Shown: positions 49,749 through 59,708, numbered from the stretch's first letter. The stretch is 64,000 bases of DNA from an uncultured delta proteobacterium (GCA_963812015.1 CAWETI010000002.1:1568001-1632000); one strand, 5' to 3'. Translations and numbers: made by a program. Notes: a model not told the origin generated them from the sequence alone.

Positions 49749-52700
49749 GTGACAACGACATTATCCACATCTGTTGAAATCCAGCTTACGACCTATGCCC
49801 AAGAAGTAACGGCCAAGTTTGCCCTCCCCATAGATTTTAACCCTGAGGACCAGCTTAAAACTCCTACCGATACTCTCTTCAAAGGTATCGGTGCTGCGCT
49901 GGATCTTGAAGTCAAGGTGGTGACGGAGGTGCAGACCGATCAACTCGGCCGCCCCGACATGGGTATCGCCGTCAAAGGACTTCTGGCAGGTCACGTGGAG
50001 TTAAAAGCACCCGGCAAAGGCGCTGACCCTGATAAGTTAAAGGGAGATGACAAGAGGCAATGGGAGCGGTTCAAGAACCTTCCTAACCTGATCTACACCG
50101 ACGGCAATGAGTGGGCCTTATACCGCAGTGGCGAGAGGGTAGGCAAAATTGTAAGGCTCTCCGGCGATGTAACCTCCGAAGGCCATGCGGCTATCGGCCT
50201 GGGCGACGCAGAGGCCATCATTGAGATGATGCAAGACTTTCTCCGCTGGGAGCCTATTGTCCCTGCGTCGCCTACAGCGCTGGCCAAGATGCTGGCCCCC
50301 CTCTGCCACCTGCTGCGCGCCGATGTTCTGACCGCCCTCCAAAATCGGGAGTCAAATCTTTCTCTCCTGGCCGCGGATTGGCGCAAGTACCTCTTTCCTG
50401 ACGCCGACGACTTTCAATTCGCCGACGCCTATGCCCAGACGCTCACCTACGCATTGCTCCTGGCTCGCCTCTCCGGCCCGGGCGAGGGCCTCTCCATCAC
50501 CCAAGCCGCGGCCGCGATCCGTACCGGCCATCGCCTGTTGGCCGACGCCCTCGGCATCCTGGGCGACCCCAAGGCCCGGGAAGAAATTGAGACCCCGGTG
50601 TCGGTGCTGGAACGGGTTATCGGCGCGGTAGACCCCGTGGCTCTCACCCGCAAGGCCAAAGGCGACCCCTGGCTCTATTTCTATGAGGACTTCCTGGCCG
50701 CGTATGACCCGAAAATGCGCAAGGACCGGGGAGTGTACTACACCCCGGTGGAGGTGGTCCAGGCCCAGGTGCGCCTGGTGGCCCAGTTGCTGGAGGGGCG
50801 CTTTGACGCCGACTTTTCCTTTGTGAACGAGAAGGTCATCACCCTGGACCCCGGCGCCGGCACCGGCACTTATATCCTCGCCGCCCTGCAACATGGCCTG
50901 CACCAGGTTGAGCAGGAAAAAGGCCCCGGCATGCGAGCTGTTTTTGCCGGCCAGGCCGCCAAAAATCTCCACGCCTTCGAGCTCTTGGTGGGCCCCTATG
51001 CCGTGGCCCATCTGCGGCTCACCCAGCAAATCCTGGCCGAGGGGGGCCAGATGCCGGCGGACGGCGTCCACGTCTATCTCACGGACACTCTGGAATCCCC
51101 CCACCAGCCGCCGCCCGCGTATCCGATGCTCTATAAGGAATTGGGAGAGGAATACAAACGGGCCCAGCGGGTCAAGGCCGACGTTCCGGTTCTGGTCGTT
51201 CTTGGCAATCCGCCCTACGACCGCCAGCAGATCGAGGCGGCGGAGGCGGGGATGGTGCGGCGCAAGGGCGGCTGGGTGCGCTACGGCGAAGGCGGGAAAG
51301 AAGGCGAGAGCATTTTCAAGAGCTTCCTCAAACCCTTGGAGGCCCTTGGCTGGGGGGTGCACGCCAAGAACCTTTACAATGATTACGTCTATTTCTGGCG
51401 CTGGGCCTTGTGGAAGGTCTTTGAGAATAAGGGCGGCCCCGGAATCGTCAGCTTCATCACCGCCTCCTCCTACCTCCGGGGGCCAGGCTTCGCCGGTATG
51501 CGCCGGGTGATGCGGGAGACCTTTGACGAATTATGGATCATAGACCTCGAGGGCGGCCAGGGGGCGCGGCAAAGCGAAAACGTCTTCGCCATCCAGACCC
51601 CCGTTGCCATCGCCGTGGGTGTGCGCTATGGCGAGCCCCAGCCGGAAACCCCGGCTGCGGTGTACTACACCCGCCTCAGTGGCACGGAGAAGGAAAAGCT
51701 CAAGACCTTGGAGCAGGTGACTTGCTTTGCAGACCTGCCCTGGCGGCCTTGCCTTTCCGGCTGGATCGACCTTTTCCTGCCCACCAGCGACAAGCCCTAC
51801 TGGAATTGGCCGATACTGACCGACCTCTTTCCCTGGCAGGAAAACGGCGTTCAGTTCAAGCGCAACTGGCCTATTGGCGAGACTCCAGAAGTTCTACGAG
51901 GGCGCTGGAACGCGTTTTTAAAAGAACCTCCCGAAAAGAGAGGTGTATTATTGCGCGAAACCGGGGCCCGCAACACTGCGAAAGCCTTTACTGACCCCAT
52001 GACGGGAAAGCAATTATCCTCGTTGAGCAAACTGAAACTTGGAGACCCTGTGGTGGAGCCGGTTCGATACGCCTACCGAAGTTTTGACAGGCATTGGGCT
52101 TTGCTGGACATTCGCCTCTGCGACCGCCCCAGACCGAACCTGTTGAAAGCTCACAGCAACCACCAGGTCTACCTTACCAGCCTACTCACCGAGGTTTTGG
52201 GCGACGGGCCGGCAGCTGTAGCAACAGCACATATACCGGATTTGCACCATTTTCGAGGTTCATTCGGCGGCGCCCATGTCATTCCCCTCTGGCGGGACGC
52301 TGGGGCCACGGAGCCCAATCTCACCGCCGGAGTGCCGGAGGCCATGGCCCAGGCTTACGGCCGGGCCGTCTCGGCGGAAGACCTTTTCGCTTATTGCTAT
52401 GCAGTCCTGGCTTCGCCGGACTACATGCGCCGCTTCTGGGACGAACTGACCATCCCCGGCCCTCGCCTCCCCCTTACCCGGGACGCGGCCTTGTTCGCCC
52501 GCACCGCTGACCTGGGCCGCCGCTTGCTGTGGCTGCACACCTATGGCGACCGCTTCGTGCCACCGGGACACAAGCCCGGCAGAATTTCTCCGGGAACAGC
52601 GAAGTGCCTGAAAGGGACTCCAGCCGTCCCTGAGAAGTATCCCGAATACTCTTCCTATGATCTGGCCGGGCAGCAGTTGCATGTGGGGGAGGGTGTTTTT

Positions 52701-53036
52701 GGCCCGGTGAGCCAAGAGGTGTGGAAATTCAGCCTCTCCGGCTTCCAGGTGGTCCAGCATTGGTTGGCTTCCCGGATGAGAAAAGGGGCTGGCAAAAAGT
52801 CTTCTCCCCTGGATAAGATTCGGCCTGCTGCCTGGCACTTCGACGAGGAACTGCTGGACCTATTGTGGGTATTGGAACACACCGTGGACCTGTGGCCCTC
52901 TTTGGCCCAAATCCTCAATGACATTTTAGCCAGCGATCTGTTCACCGCCCAAGAATTCCCCGGGCCCAAGCCCGAAGAACGGGCGGCCAAAGGACATCTG
53001 CCGCTCCTGAGCGCCATTGCTTCAGATGAAACCTAA
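49749..53036 (+). CDS. Single-chain R-M enzyme: PD-(D/E)XK nuclease + N6-adenine MTase + Type ISP-like specificity domain, no helicase
   Basis: RPD..HVELK, GVYYTP, LDPGAGTG, GNPPY, YRSFD, ...GFQVV.HWL..R. Confidence 0.9.
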   Translation: MTTTLSTSVEIQLTTYAQEVTAKFALPIDFNPEDQLKTPTDTLFKGIGAALDLEVKVVTEVQTDQLGRPDMGIAVKGLLAGHVELKAPGKGADPDKLKGDDKRQWERFKNLPNLIYTDGNEWALYRSGERVGKIVRLSGDVTSEGHAAIGLGDAEAIIEMMQDFLRWEPIVPASPTALAKMLAPLCHLLRADVLTALQNRESNLSLLAADWRKYLFPDADDFQFADAYAQTLTYALLLARLSGPGEGLSITQAAAAIRTGHRLLADALGILGDPKAREEIETPVSVLERVIGAVDPVALTRKAKGDPWLYFYEDFLAAYDPKMRKDRGVYYTPVEVVQAQVRLVAQLLEGRFDADFSFVNEKVITLDPGAGTGTYILAALQHGLHQVEQEKGPGMRAVFAGQAAKNLHAFELLVGPYAVAHLRLTQQILAEGGQMPADGVHVYLTDTLESPHQPPPAYPMLYKELGEEYKRAQRVKADVPVLVVLGNPPYDRQQIEAAEAGMVRRKGGWVRYGEGGKEGESIFKSFLKPLEALGWGVHAKNLYNDYVYFWRWALWKVFENKGGPGIVSFITASSYLRGPGFAGMRRVMRETFDELWIIDLEGGQGARQSENVFAIQTPVAIAVGVRYGEPQPETPAAVYYTRLSGTEKEKLKTLEQVTCFADLPWRPCLSGWIDLFLPTSDKPYWNWPILTDLFPWQENGVQFKRNWPIGETPEVLRGRWNAFLKEPPEKRGVLLRETGARNTAKAFTDPMTGKQLSSLSKLKLGDPVVEPVRYAYRSFDRHWALLDIRLCDRPRPNLLKAHSNHQVYLTSLLTEVLGDGPAAVATAHIPDLHHFRGSFGGAHVIPLWRDAGATEPNLTAGVPEAMAQAYGRAVSAEDLFAYCYAVLASPDYMRRFWDELTIPGPRLPLTRDAALFARTADLGRRLLWLHTYGDRFVPPGHKPGRISPGTAKCLKGTPAVPEKYPEYSSYDLAGQQLHVGEGVFGPVSQEVWKFSLSGFQVVQHWLASRMRKGAGKKSSPLDKIRPAAWHFDEELLDLLWVLEHTVDLWPSLAQILNDILASDLFTAQEFPGPKPEERAAKGHLPLLSAIASDET

Positions 53037-53280
53037 GTACATGAGAATGATGGATGGCAACAGGCTCATAAACGAGTCGGCCTACTGGCAGAACATCCCG
53101 GCCAGGGTGTGGGGCTACTGCATCGGCGGCTATCAAGTGATCAAAAAGTGGCTCAGCTACCGGGAACGCAATCTCCTGGGCCAGCCCCTTATCCGTGAAG
53201 AAGCCCGGGAATTCACAGGCATGGGGCGGCGCTTGGCTGCCATTGTCCTGATAGAGCTGGCCTTGAATATAAGCTACTGA
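53017..53280 (+). pseudogene. Orphan C-terminal fragment of a second Type ISP-like specificity domain
   Basis: NIPARVWGYCIGGYQVIKKWLSYRE parallels VSQEVWKFSLSGFQVVQHWLASR of the upstream gene. Confidence 0.75.
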
Positions 53281-53619
53281 TGATTAAGGAATCGGGCTCT
53301 CAATGGTCAAACTTCAAGAAAGAATGATTATTGCCGATCTATATGAATCAGATGGCGCGGTTCTTTTCCAACCATAGTGTCATCAGAAAAAAAATGGAAA
53401 AAAACATAAATTCGTGATATTAAGAATTCCTTAAGGGGAAATATAGGCAAAAATGCCTATTGAAAAACCAATCTTAAGTCCATAATTATTTATCAAGATC
53501 CCTTGAGAAGGGGCGAAGAGGGACCTCTGCCTGGCGTGCAGAATTGAACCTCGCATTTTGACTCTTCGTGTTGCAGGGAACCTCAAAGAGTCTCCACAAA
53601 AATGAAAGGGGCGGCGAGG

Positions 53620-53847
53620 ATGGCGAGAGTGAGAGAATCGCGTGTTTACGAACTTGAGGTGAAAGGAAGAGGGATTGTCCCTGAGTCAAATCACTTAACC
53701 CAGATGATCAAAGAGATTGAGTCCGATCGGTTCATGGCCTGGGGTAAGGATTTTTTCCACAAACGAACTTTCTTTAAAAAGTATCTTACTGGCGTCGACA
53801 AATACAGTCTCACGGCCACAGACCCGTGGGCGCTCACCAAAGGCTGA
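53620..53847 (+). CDS. Small hypothetical protein (75 aa)
   Basis: G-rich RBS, followed by a strong hairpin; first gene of the AT-rich module. Confidence 0.6.
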   Translation: MARVRESRVYELEVKGRGIVPESNHLTQMIKEIESDRFMAWGKDFFHKRTFFKKYLTGVDKYSLTATDPWALTKG

Positions 53848-53890
53848 ATAAGTTTTTGCGACCTGCTATCGTATCTCCCTAATTCCAGGG

Positions 53891-53927
53891 AAAAAGAACA
53901 GGAACCATGGGGTTCCTTTTCTTTTTT
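53891..53927 (+). terminator. Hairpin/terminator between the small ORF and the large gene
   Basis: AAAAAGAA-c-AGGAACC-atgg-GGTTCCT-t-TTCTTTTT. Confidence 0.7.
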
Positions 53928-53940
53928 AGGGTGCTAAAGA

Positions 53941-56245
53941 ATGCAGCAAAAAATTGGCAAAGAGGGAATTAAGGTTACCTTTATTCAAACCCTGCCAGGG
54001 ATGGAGATCCAGGTGGCTCACCAGCTGGTACAGGCTTGCCGGGCCGCGGGGGTCAATCGTTATGCCTTTTTCAAGGCCCTTGGGGGATGTGACATTATTA
54101 TGGTCTATCCCTCAAACTACTTCGGCTTTCAGCTCACTAAGTATGGAATTATCTCCGGCATTTTGAAATACAACACCTTTCTATGTTTTCCTTACCGCTG
54201 GACCGATTCCCCAGATAGGCCAACTGATGCCATAAAGTTTCTGAACCAATCTACATTCGCTGGCTTCAGCCTCTTGAAAATGAATTCTGAAGGGGAGACC
54301 AGTTTCCAAAATATTGAAGAACACTTCTTTTCTTTTTTAAATCGCAGACACCCGATAGATTCTCTTACCTTGGGTACCTTAGGGTGGAACGAACTCGTCC
54401 TTATATTAACCGAGGAAAGCCTGGGGCAGATCATAGAGGACCTCATCAGGTTGAGCTATGAGGCGTCTCTCAATCCTGAGACCTCTTATCCCTTGATCAA
54501 GACTTTTTCTTACTTGGCCATTAACTATGATCAGCTTTTTGGACATGGATGGAGCGCCAAAATAGCTAAAATGGTAAGCCCCAAAGAATTCGAGGACTTT
54601 TTCAAAAAATCTCTAAAAGAGCAAAAGTTTGGCGAATTGATTCGTGAGGAATCAGAGGCCCACGCTATGCATCACCACCCCCCCCGGTCAGCCACACCAA
54701 ACTATAAAGGATTACTGGCGAAATAAAAAATTTCAGTGTTTAGATACCTTAGGGGAGCAAGATATCCAGGTTATCCCTCCTCAACGATATAGAAAGTCGT
54801 GGGGAGATTTTCTGTCCGATATTCTCATCTTTCGGTGGAAATTCCGCAATCTTATTCACTCGACCAGCACCATGTTGAACTATGAACTGGGTGATTACGC
54901 CAAACTTTCAGGAAAAACTGGACTGAAATCCGCTCTTGGCCACCGGTTGGACCTGGAAATTTTCTCCAGATCTGATTACCCATACGAGGACTTGGAAATA
55001 TTTTTTGGGGAAAAGGCTGCCCCAATGCTGGCGGCCCAACTCTTCGCCCTTAATAGCATGAGTCAAAACCCAACGAGCGGTCAAGTATTTCGGGATATGC
55101 GCTACTACCCCAAGATAATTATGAATAGAGGATACAAGCGCTATAATAAATTCAATGCTCCGGATGAACTCATGGCCTTCAAATTTGCCGAGGCGTTAAG
55201 TCATGGGTTGGAACTGCGATCTTATGGAACTTACGGCCATGTGGAAAAACCATATGGCCGGATTGCTAAGCTCAAGGGAGGGGTACAAAGGGCTCTCTTG
55301 GCAATGGAATACCTGCCTTCCAGAATTTTAGATCGGGCCTGTCCCCAACCCTGGTTCGGTTTCATCAATGCCTATGAAGACCCAAAGTTTGCCCAAATAC
55401 AAGAAGTTATTTATGTCCCCCTCGAAGCTCTCTGGACACCCGAGAACTGGTGGGCGCTGTTTCATGAGGTCGCGCATATAATCGTTGACCGGAGTCCTAA
55501 ACTATTATCTGAAACCGATCAGGTGATCCAGAATTTTCTGACTTATAAAGAGAATTACGGCGCTTGGATGAGGTTTTTTAATGAACTGGCGGCGGAGGTC
55601 ATCGGTTTTGAGTTGGGGTTTTTCGGGGATTTGGATCTGTTCATTAAGACGCTCTGGCCATATTTGAAAAAAATTGAATTGACCCTTGGGGACTATTCAA
55701 GCCTGGAAGTCTATTTGTTCCGCACCTTTTGTGTAGAAATCTGGCACAAATGTTTTGGGGCGGTAATGGAAAGACAGGGAAGCCCAAAGGTCACCATTGA
55801 TAATTACCGCGATGATGACTTTTTATATAAAAGTCTCATAAATCATATTAGAAAGGTGGAAGGCCTTATCGGCAAATTAGAAAAGAGAAATCTTGCCATT
55901 GCGAGTTTCATGGGTATTTTCAAAGAAATATTTCCGTTTATCAAAGACTTGTATAGCAAAATTAAAGATATAGAAGAAAACCAGCAGGTAAAAATATTTC
56001 ACCAGAAAGCATGGGTTGAAGATAATAATGTAAAAAATATTACCAATCATTTATTAGAAGGCAAGGTTTACTGGGGTAAGATCGAATATCCAGAAGCTGT
56101 TTTATACAATATCTTAAAGCAAAAAATGAAAATAAGGTCTAAGGAAAAGAAATTTCCTTTTGTCATGGCCATTATCCTTACCTTTTGGAACGCTCAGTTA
56201 AAATGGTTAAAAACTATGCCTCCCACTCACTTTAGAGCTCTCTAA
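53941..56245 (+). pseudogene. Frameshift-split gene (53941-54726 and 54644-56245): repeated AsnC/ferredoxin-like domains plus C-terminal HExxH domain
   Basis: Overlapping +1 frames; repeated units FIQTLPG..ALGGCDI, TLGWNEL, CITTPPG..TLGEQDI; FHEVAH..ELAAE. Confidence 0.6.
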
Positions 56246-56263
56246 GGACTTCTTTTCATTCCG

Positions 56264-57454
56264 ATGGAAGAAAAACCTCCCATACTAAAACTGATTCAAC
56301 TCTTAATTGATTCTCCGGTTCAGGTTCTCCCTCCGGAACACCAGGCCAAGTTTTCTGGCAAATTGAGTTCATATGCGCATAAATCTTCAGAGGCAGAAAA
56401 ACTTAGGCTCATCACTGAAATGATGGAGTTGTTGTGGCGCGAAGGAAATAGTGCCCAACTTCTCAAATATTTTGCCAATTTTGAGCGTTTTCTACGAGCT
56501 GTTGGTAAGAGAGATCACTTCATTCATCAATTTGAGGTATATCTTTTAGGCTGGTTTATTATCCATGCCTTGGAAATTAGGGGATATCACATCGGGGAAT
56601 TCACGTCCTTGAGTTCTGAGCTTTTCCTTCAAACCTGGCTGATGACCGCAATGGGGCACGATTTGGGCCTGCCGTTACAAGAAGAACCGGCAATCATAAA
56701 GGTTCTTAAGGAACTCCACGAAAGTGTGGGGACCCGCACTATTGCGGGGAATTACGCTAAATTGGAAGCGAAACTTTCCCATATAGGAAGTAAGGGGAGG
56801 CAGATCCTGATGAAGGATCTCCTTAGTGGTGAAGGTTCTAAAATTGCTCATCAAATTAGAGCTGGAATTAAGATAACCACTGGTTTCAGCTTAACGCAAA
56901 CAAGGGCCGTGTGGAACGCGCTGGTGAAATCTGGGAAAAACCATGGACTTATCAGCGCTATAATCCTGGGTCGAGACCTTTCCGGCTTTTTTGTCCCCGG
57001 CGGTGATTTCCAAGGGGCAGAAGCTGCTGATGATCCGGAGCTAAAACGTTTCCGGTTACTGCTCTCAGCTATTGCTCTTCACCATCTTAAAGAGGAAGGG
57101 GACTCTGAACACGTGGTGAAAAATATAAGGTTCACCGCAAATCCTTTTGCTTATCTTCTTTATATTGCAGACAATCTTCAGGAGTGGGGCCGGGATATTG
57201 GGGGCTGGGCAAATGTCCCCGAAACCACTTTGACTGATTTTGAATTCAATGATCCCAAATTAACTCTGACTTTCACGCTTTCTCACGATGACTGGGGAAT
57301 AGGTGACGCTGAAAAGAATGTTTTGGCAGAAATTCGCAAGGCTGATCACCGTCTAAAATGGCCACAAAGACCCTACAAAGGCTTATCCATTGAGGCTATA
57401 TATAATAGTAATAGCAAGATAATCAATGCCGAGAAAATTACTGTGGAAATTTAG
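56264..57454 (+). CDS. HD-superfamily metal-dependent phosphohydrolase
   Basis: RDHFIH..GHDLG..NHG.ISA..AIALHH..IADNLQEWGR. Confidence 0.78.
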   Translation: MEEKPPILKLIQLLIDSPVQVLPPEHQAKFSGKLSSYAHKSSEAEKLRLITEMMELLWREGNSAQLLKYFANFERFLRAVGKRDHFIHQFEVYLLGWFIIHALEIRGYHIGEFTSLSSELFLQTWLMTAMGHDLGLPLQEEPAIIKVLKELHESVGTRTIAGNYAKLEAKLSHIGSKGRQILMKDLLSGEGSKIAHQIRAGIKITTGFSLTQTRAVWNALVKSGKNHGLISAIILGRDLSGFFVPGGDFQGAEAADDPELKRFRLLLSAIALHHLKEEGDSEHVVKNIRFTANPFAYLLYIADNLQEWGRDIGGWANVPETTLTDFEFNDPKLTLTFTLSHDDWGIGDAEKNVLAEIRKADHRLKWPQRPYKGLSIEAIYNSNSKIINAEKITVEI

Positions 57455-58234
57455 TTCCAGCCTGATTTTTAATTCCCCAAATAACCTTGCCGAGCTATCT
57501 TCACGCCGGGAATTACCGCTCCTTTTGGCCATCGTAAGTTGGCTTTCCTGGTCCGGCAGGTATGGCCACTTCTCGTTGAATTTTCTCTCTAAGAGTTTCA
57601 AAGCCAGGACCCAATATCCTGGTATTATCTCCCCAAAACCCACATTTATACCTCACAGGTCGAAACGTGTACTTGCGGCAGAAAGCGTGTCACGCTTTTT
57701 TAGAGGCTATACAAGGGTTGGGGCATGACCATAATCCGGCCGGGTTCAAGTGGCCCCACGGACGCGGTTACGATCTCCGGAACAAAGGGATTTTTCCTCT
57801 AAAATTTTTGCCATGGGTCCCATAACAGGGGGGTTGCTTCTATTTTTCCGGGCCCGAAATTTTGAAAAATTCCCGTGCGAAGCATGCTGACCGGGGGGGC
57901 GTAGGAGTCCCACCGCGGGTTTGCGTTCCTGGGCCGAAAATCTTTTAGACTATCGGTGGCGCAGGTGGCGGGACCGTGGTGAGCGGGTGACCATTGGTGG
58001 ACACCAGGGCGCCAGAGACAAGGCCGTCAGGCATGGGCCGGCCATGTGCTAGAACTTCCCATATCCAGACCATATCTGCAATTGTGAAGGCTTTGGGGAT
58101 AAGTGCTCAGTTTGGCAAGTTATCCGCTACCCGAACTTGCATTCTCCCATGAGTTGACTGCTACTAAAAATTTTGTGATCAGAACTTTTTTGGCTCAGGT
58201 TGCAGGCCTGTCTCATAACCTCTGTAAATTTATT

Positions 58235-58249
58235 TGCAACTCAGTTGTT
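58235..58249. promoter_or_regulatory. Putative Zur box
   Basis: TGCAAC-TCA-GTTGTT imperfect palindrome just upstream of the Fur-family gene. Confidence 0.55.
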
Positions 58250-58262
58250 TTTCGATTATTTT

Positions 58263-58700
58263 ATGGGCATGGGTGATCATTGCGATTTTTTCCAATGGCT
58301 GACACGGGAAGGGGTAAGGCCCACCACGATCCGCTTGACCATACTGGAGATCCTGGGCGACTCTTCCCGGGCCCTACGAGCCCAGGAGATCATTGAGGGC
58401 ATCCGTTCCCGCCGCCGGGTCAACAAAGTGACGGTGTATCGCATTCTTGAGGACTTTACGCAGCGAGGCATGGTGCGCCGCCTCTCCCTGGAGGGCCGGG
58501 TGTCCCACTATGAGCTGGCCTGTGAGCACCGCCCGCCCCATCCCCATTTTCAGTGCCACACCTGTCGGGAGGTCCAATGCCTGGACCCGGTGTTCCTGAC
58601 CCGCGTGTGGACCGAACTTCAGGGGCCTGTGGGGAACCGGGCTGACCACATCGACATTCGAGTGGAGGGCCTCTGCCACAAGTGCCGGGAGGATAGCTGA
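58263..58700 (+). CDS. Fur-family regulator, probably Zur
   Basis: T..R..IL, TVYRIL, HPHFQCHTC, EGLCHKC; precedes a Zn ABC transporter. Confidence 0.88.
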   Translation: MGMGDHCDFFQWLTREGVRPTTIRLTILEILGDSSRALRAQEIIEGIRSRRRVNKVTVYRILEDFTQRGMVRRLSLEGRVSHYELACEHRPPHPHFQCHTCREVQCLDPVFLTRVWTELQGPVGNRADHIDIRVEGLCHKCREDS

Positions 58701-58707
58701 AATGAAA

Positions 58708-58721
58708 GAAACCCGGTTGCA
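58708..58721. promoter_or_regulatory. Second putative Zur box
   Basis: GAAAC-CCG-GTTGCA upstream of the ABC operon. Confidence 0.5.
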
Positions 58722-58777
58722 CCTAAAATCCTGGCGGTGATCGATAGAGGTCAGATGTCGCTCCTTGCGGGAGTCCA

Positions 58778-58968
58778 TGCCGATGAACAACAATCCTAGT
58801 TCCCTTGATAAGAGTGAGCCTTTGGAAAAAAATCTGCCGGAATGCCCGAAGCTTGGGCAGATTCTTGCGTCTCCGCTCGGCTGGAGCATCAAAGGCCGCC
58901 TGATGTGCGCCGCGGCAGCCATCGCCCTGCTTTGGTTGTCGGTGGCCTGGGCCATCGGCTGGCTATGA
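58778..58968 (+). CDS. Small single-TM protein coupled to the ABC ATPase
   Basis: RL..AAAAIALLWLSVAWA helix; stop overlaps the ATG of the next gene. Confidence 0.6.
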
Positions 58969-59708
58969 TGGATGCTATTGTTCTGCACGACCTGACCCTG
59001 GGCTATGACGGGCATCCTGCCGTCCACCACCTCTCCGGCGTCTTTGAGGCGGGATCGATGACCGCGGTGGTGGGGCCGAACGGTTCGGGCAAGAGCACCT
59101 TGTTGAAAGGACTTACCGGCATCCTACACCCGCTGGGCGGCCGTATCGAGCTGGGCAGCTTAAAGACTTCCCAGATCGCTTACCTGCCCCAGCAGGCGGA
59201 AATTGACCGGAGTTTCCCGATCACGGTTCTGGATACCGTGGCCCTGGGGCTCTGGCATGCCGTGGGCATGTTCGGCGGCATGAAGACCGAGCACTGGCAG
59301 CAAACCAGGCAAGCCCTGGCGTCGGTGGGTCTGGAAGGTTTTGAGCAGCGAACTATCGGCAATCTGTCGGCCGGACAGTTCCAACGGGTTCTGTTCGCCC
59401 GTCTGCTGCTCCAAGACTGTCCCGTCATTCTTCTCGATGAACCCTTCACCGCCATCGACACGCGGACCACGGCCGATCTCCTGGACGTGGTCCAGAACTG
59501 GCACGCCGAGAACCGCACGATCATCGCGGTGCTTCATAACTTCGATCAAGTGCGGTCCCACTTCCCCAAAACCCTGATGATCGCCCGTGAACCCATCGGC
59601 TGGGGCGATACGGCTGAGGTTCTCACTTCCGAGAATTTACAGTGCGCCCGCCAGATGTCCGAGGCTTGGGACGAGTCGGCGGAGGTGTGCTTTAGAAGCG
59701 AGACATGA
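58965..59708 (+). CDS. Zn/Mn ABC transporter ATP-binding protein (ZnuC/AztA-like)
   Basis: GPNGSGKST, LSAGQFQR, LLDEPF. Confidence 0.93.
   Translation: MMDAIVLHDLTLGYDGHPAVHHLSGVFEAGSMTAVVGPNGSGKSTLLKGLTGILHPLGGRIELGSLKTSQIAYLPQQAEIDRSFPITVLDTVALGLWHAVGMFGGMKTEHWQQTRQALASVGLEGFEQRTIGNLSAGQFQRVLFARLLLQDCPVILLDEPFTAIDTRTTADLLDVVQNWHAENRTIIAVLHNFDQVRSHFPKTLMIAREPIGWGDTAEVLTSENLQCARQMSEAWDESAEVCFRSET

Larger units (their letters stand above)
40586..58000. mobile_element. Integrated phage-satellite-like genomic island (right boundary not seen; may extend beyond the window)
   Basis: att fragment, GC drop, regulator/excisionase/replication/TerS-like genes, defence cargo, no capsid or tail genes. 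Confidence 0.75.

Noticed and set aside
53490..57454. Retron or CBASS interpretation of the three-gene module
   Set aside because: No reverse transcriptase (YxDD) or nucleotidyltransferase motif in any ORF
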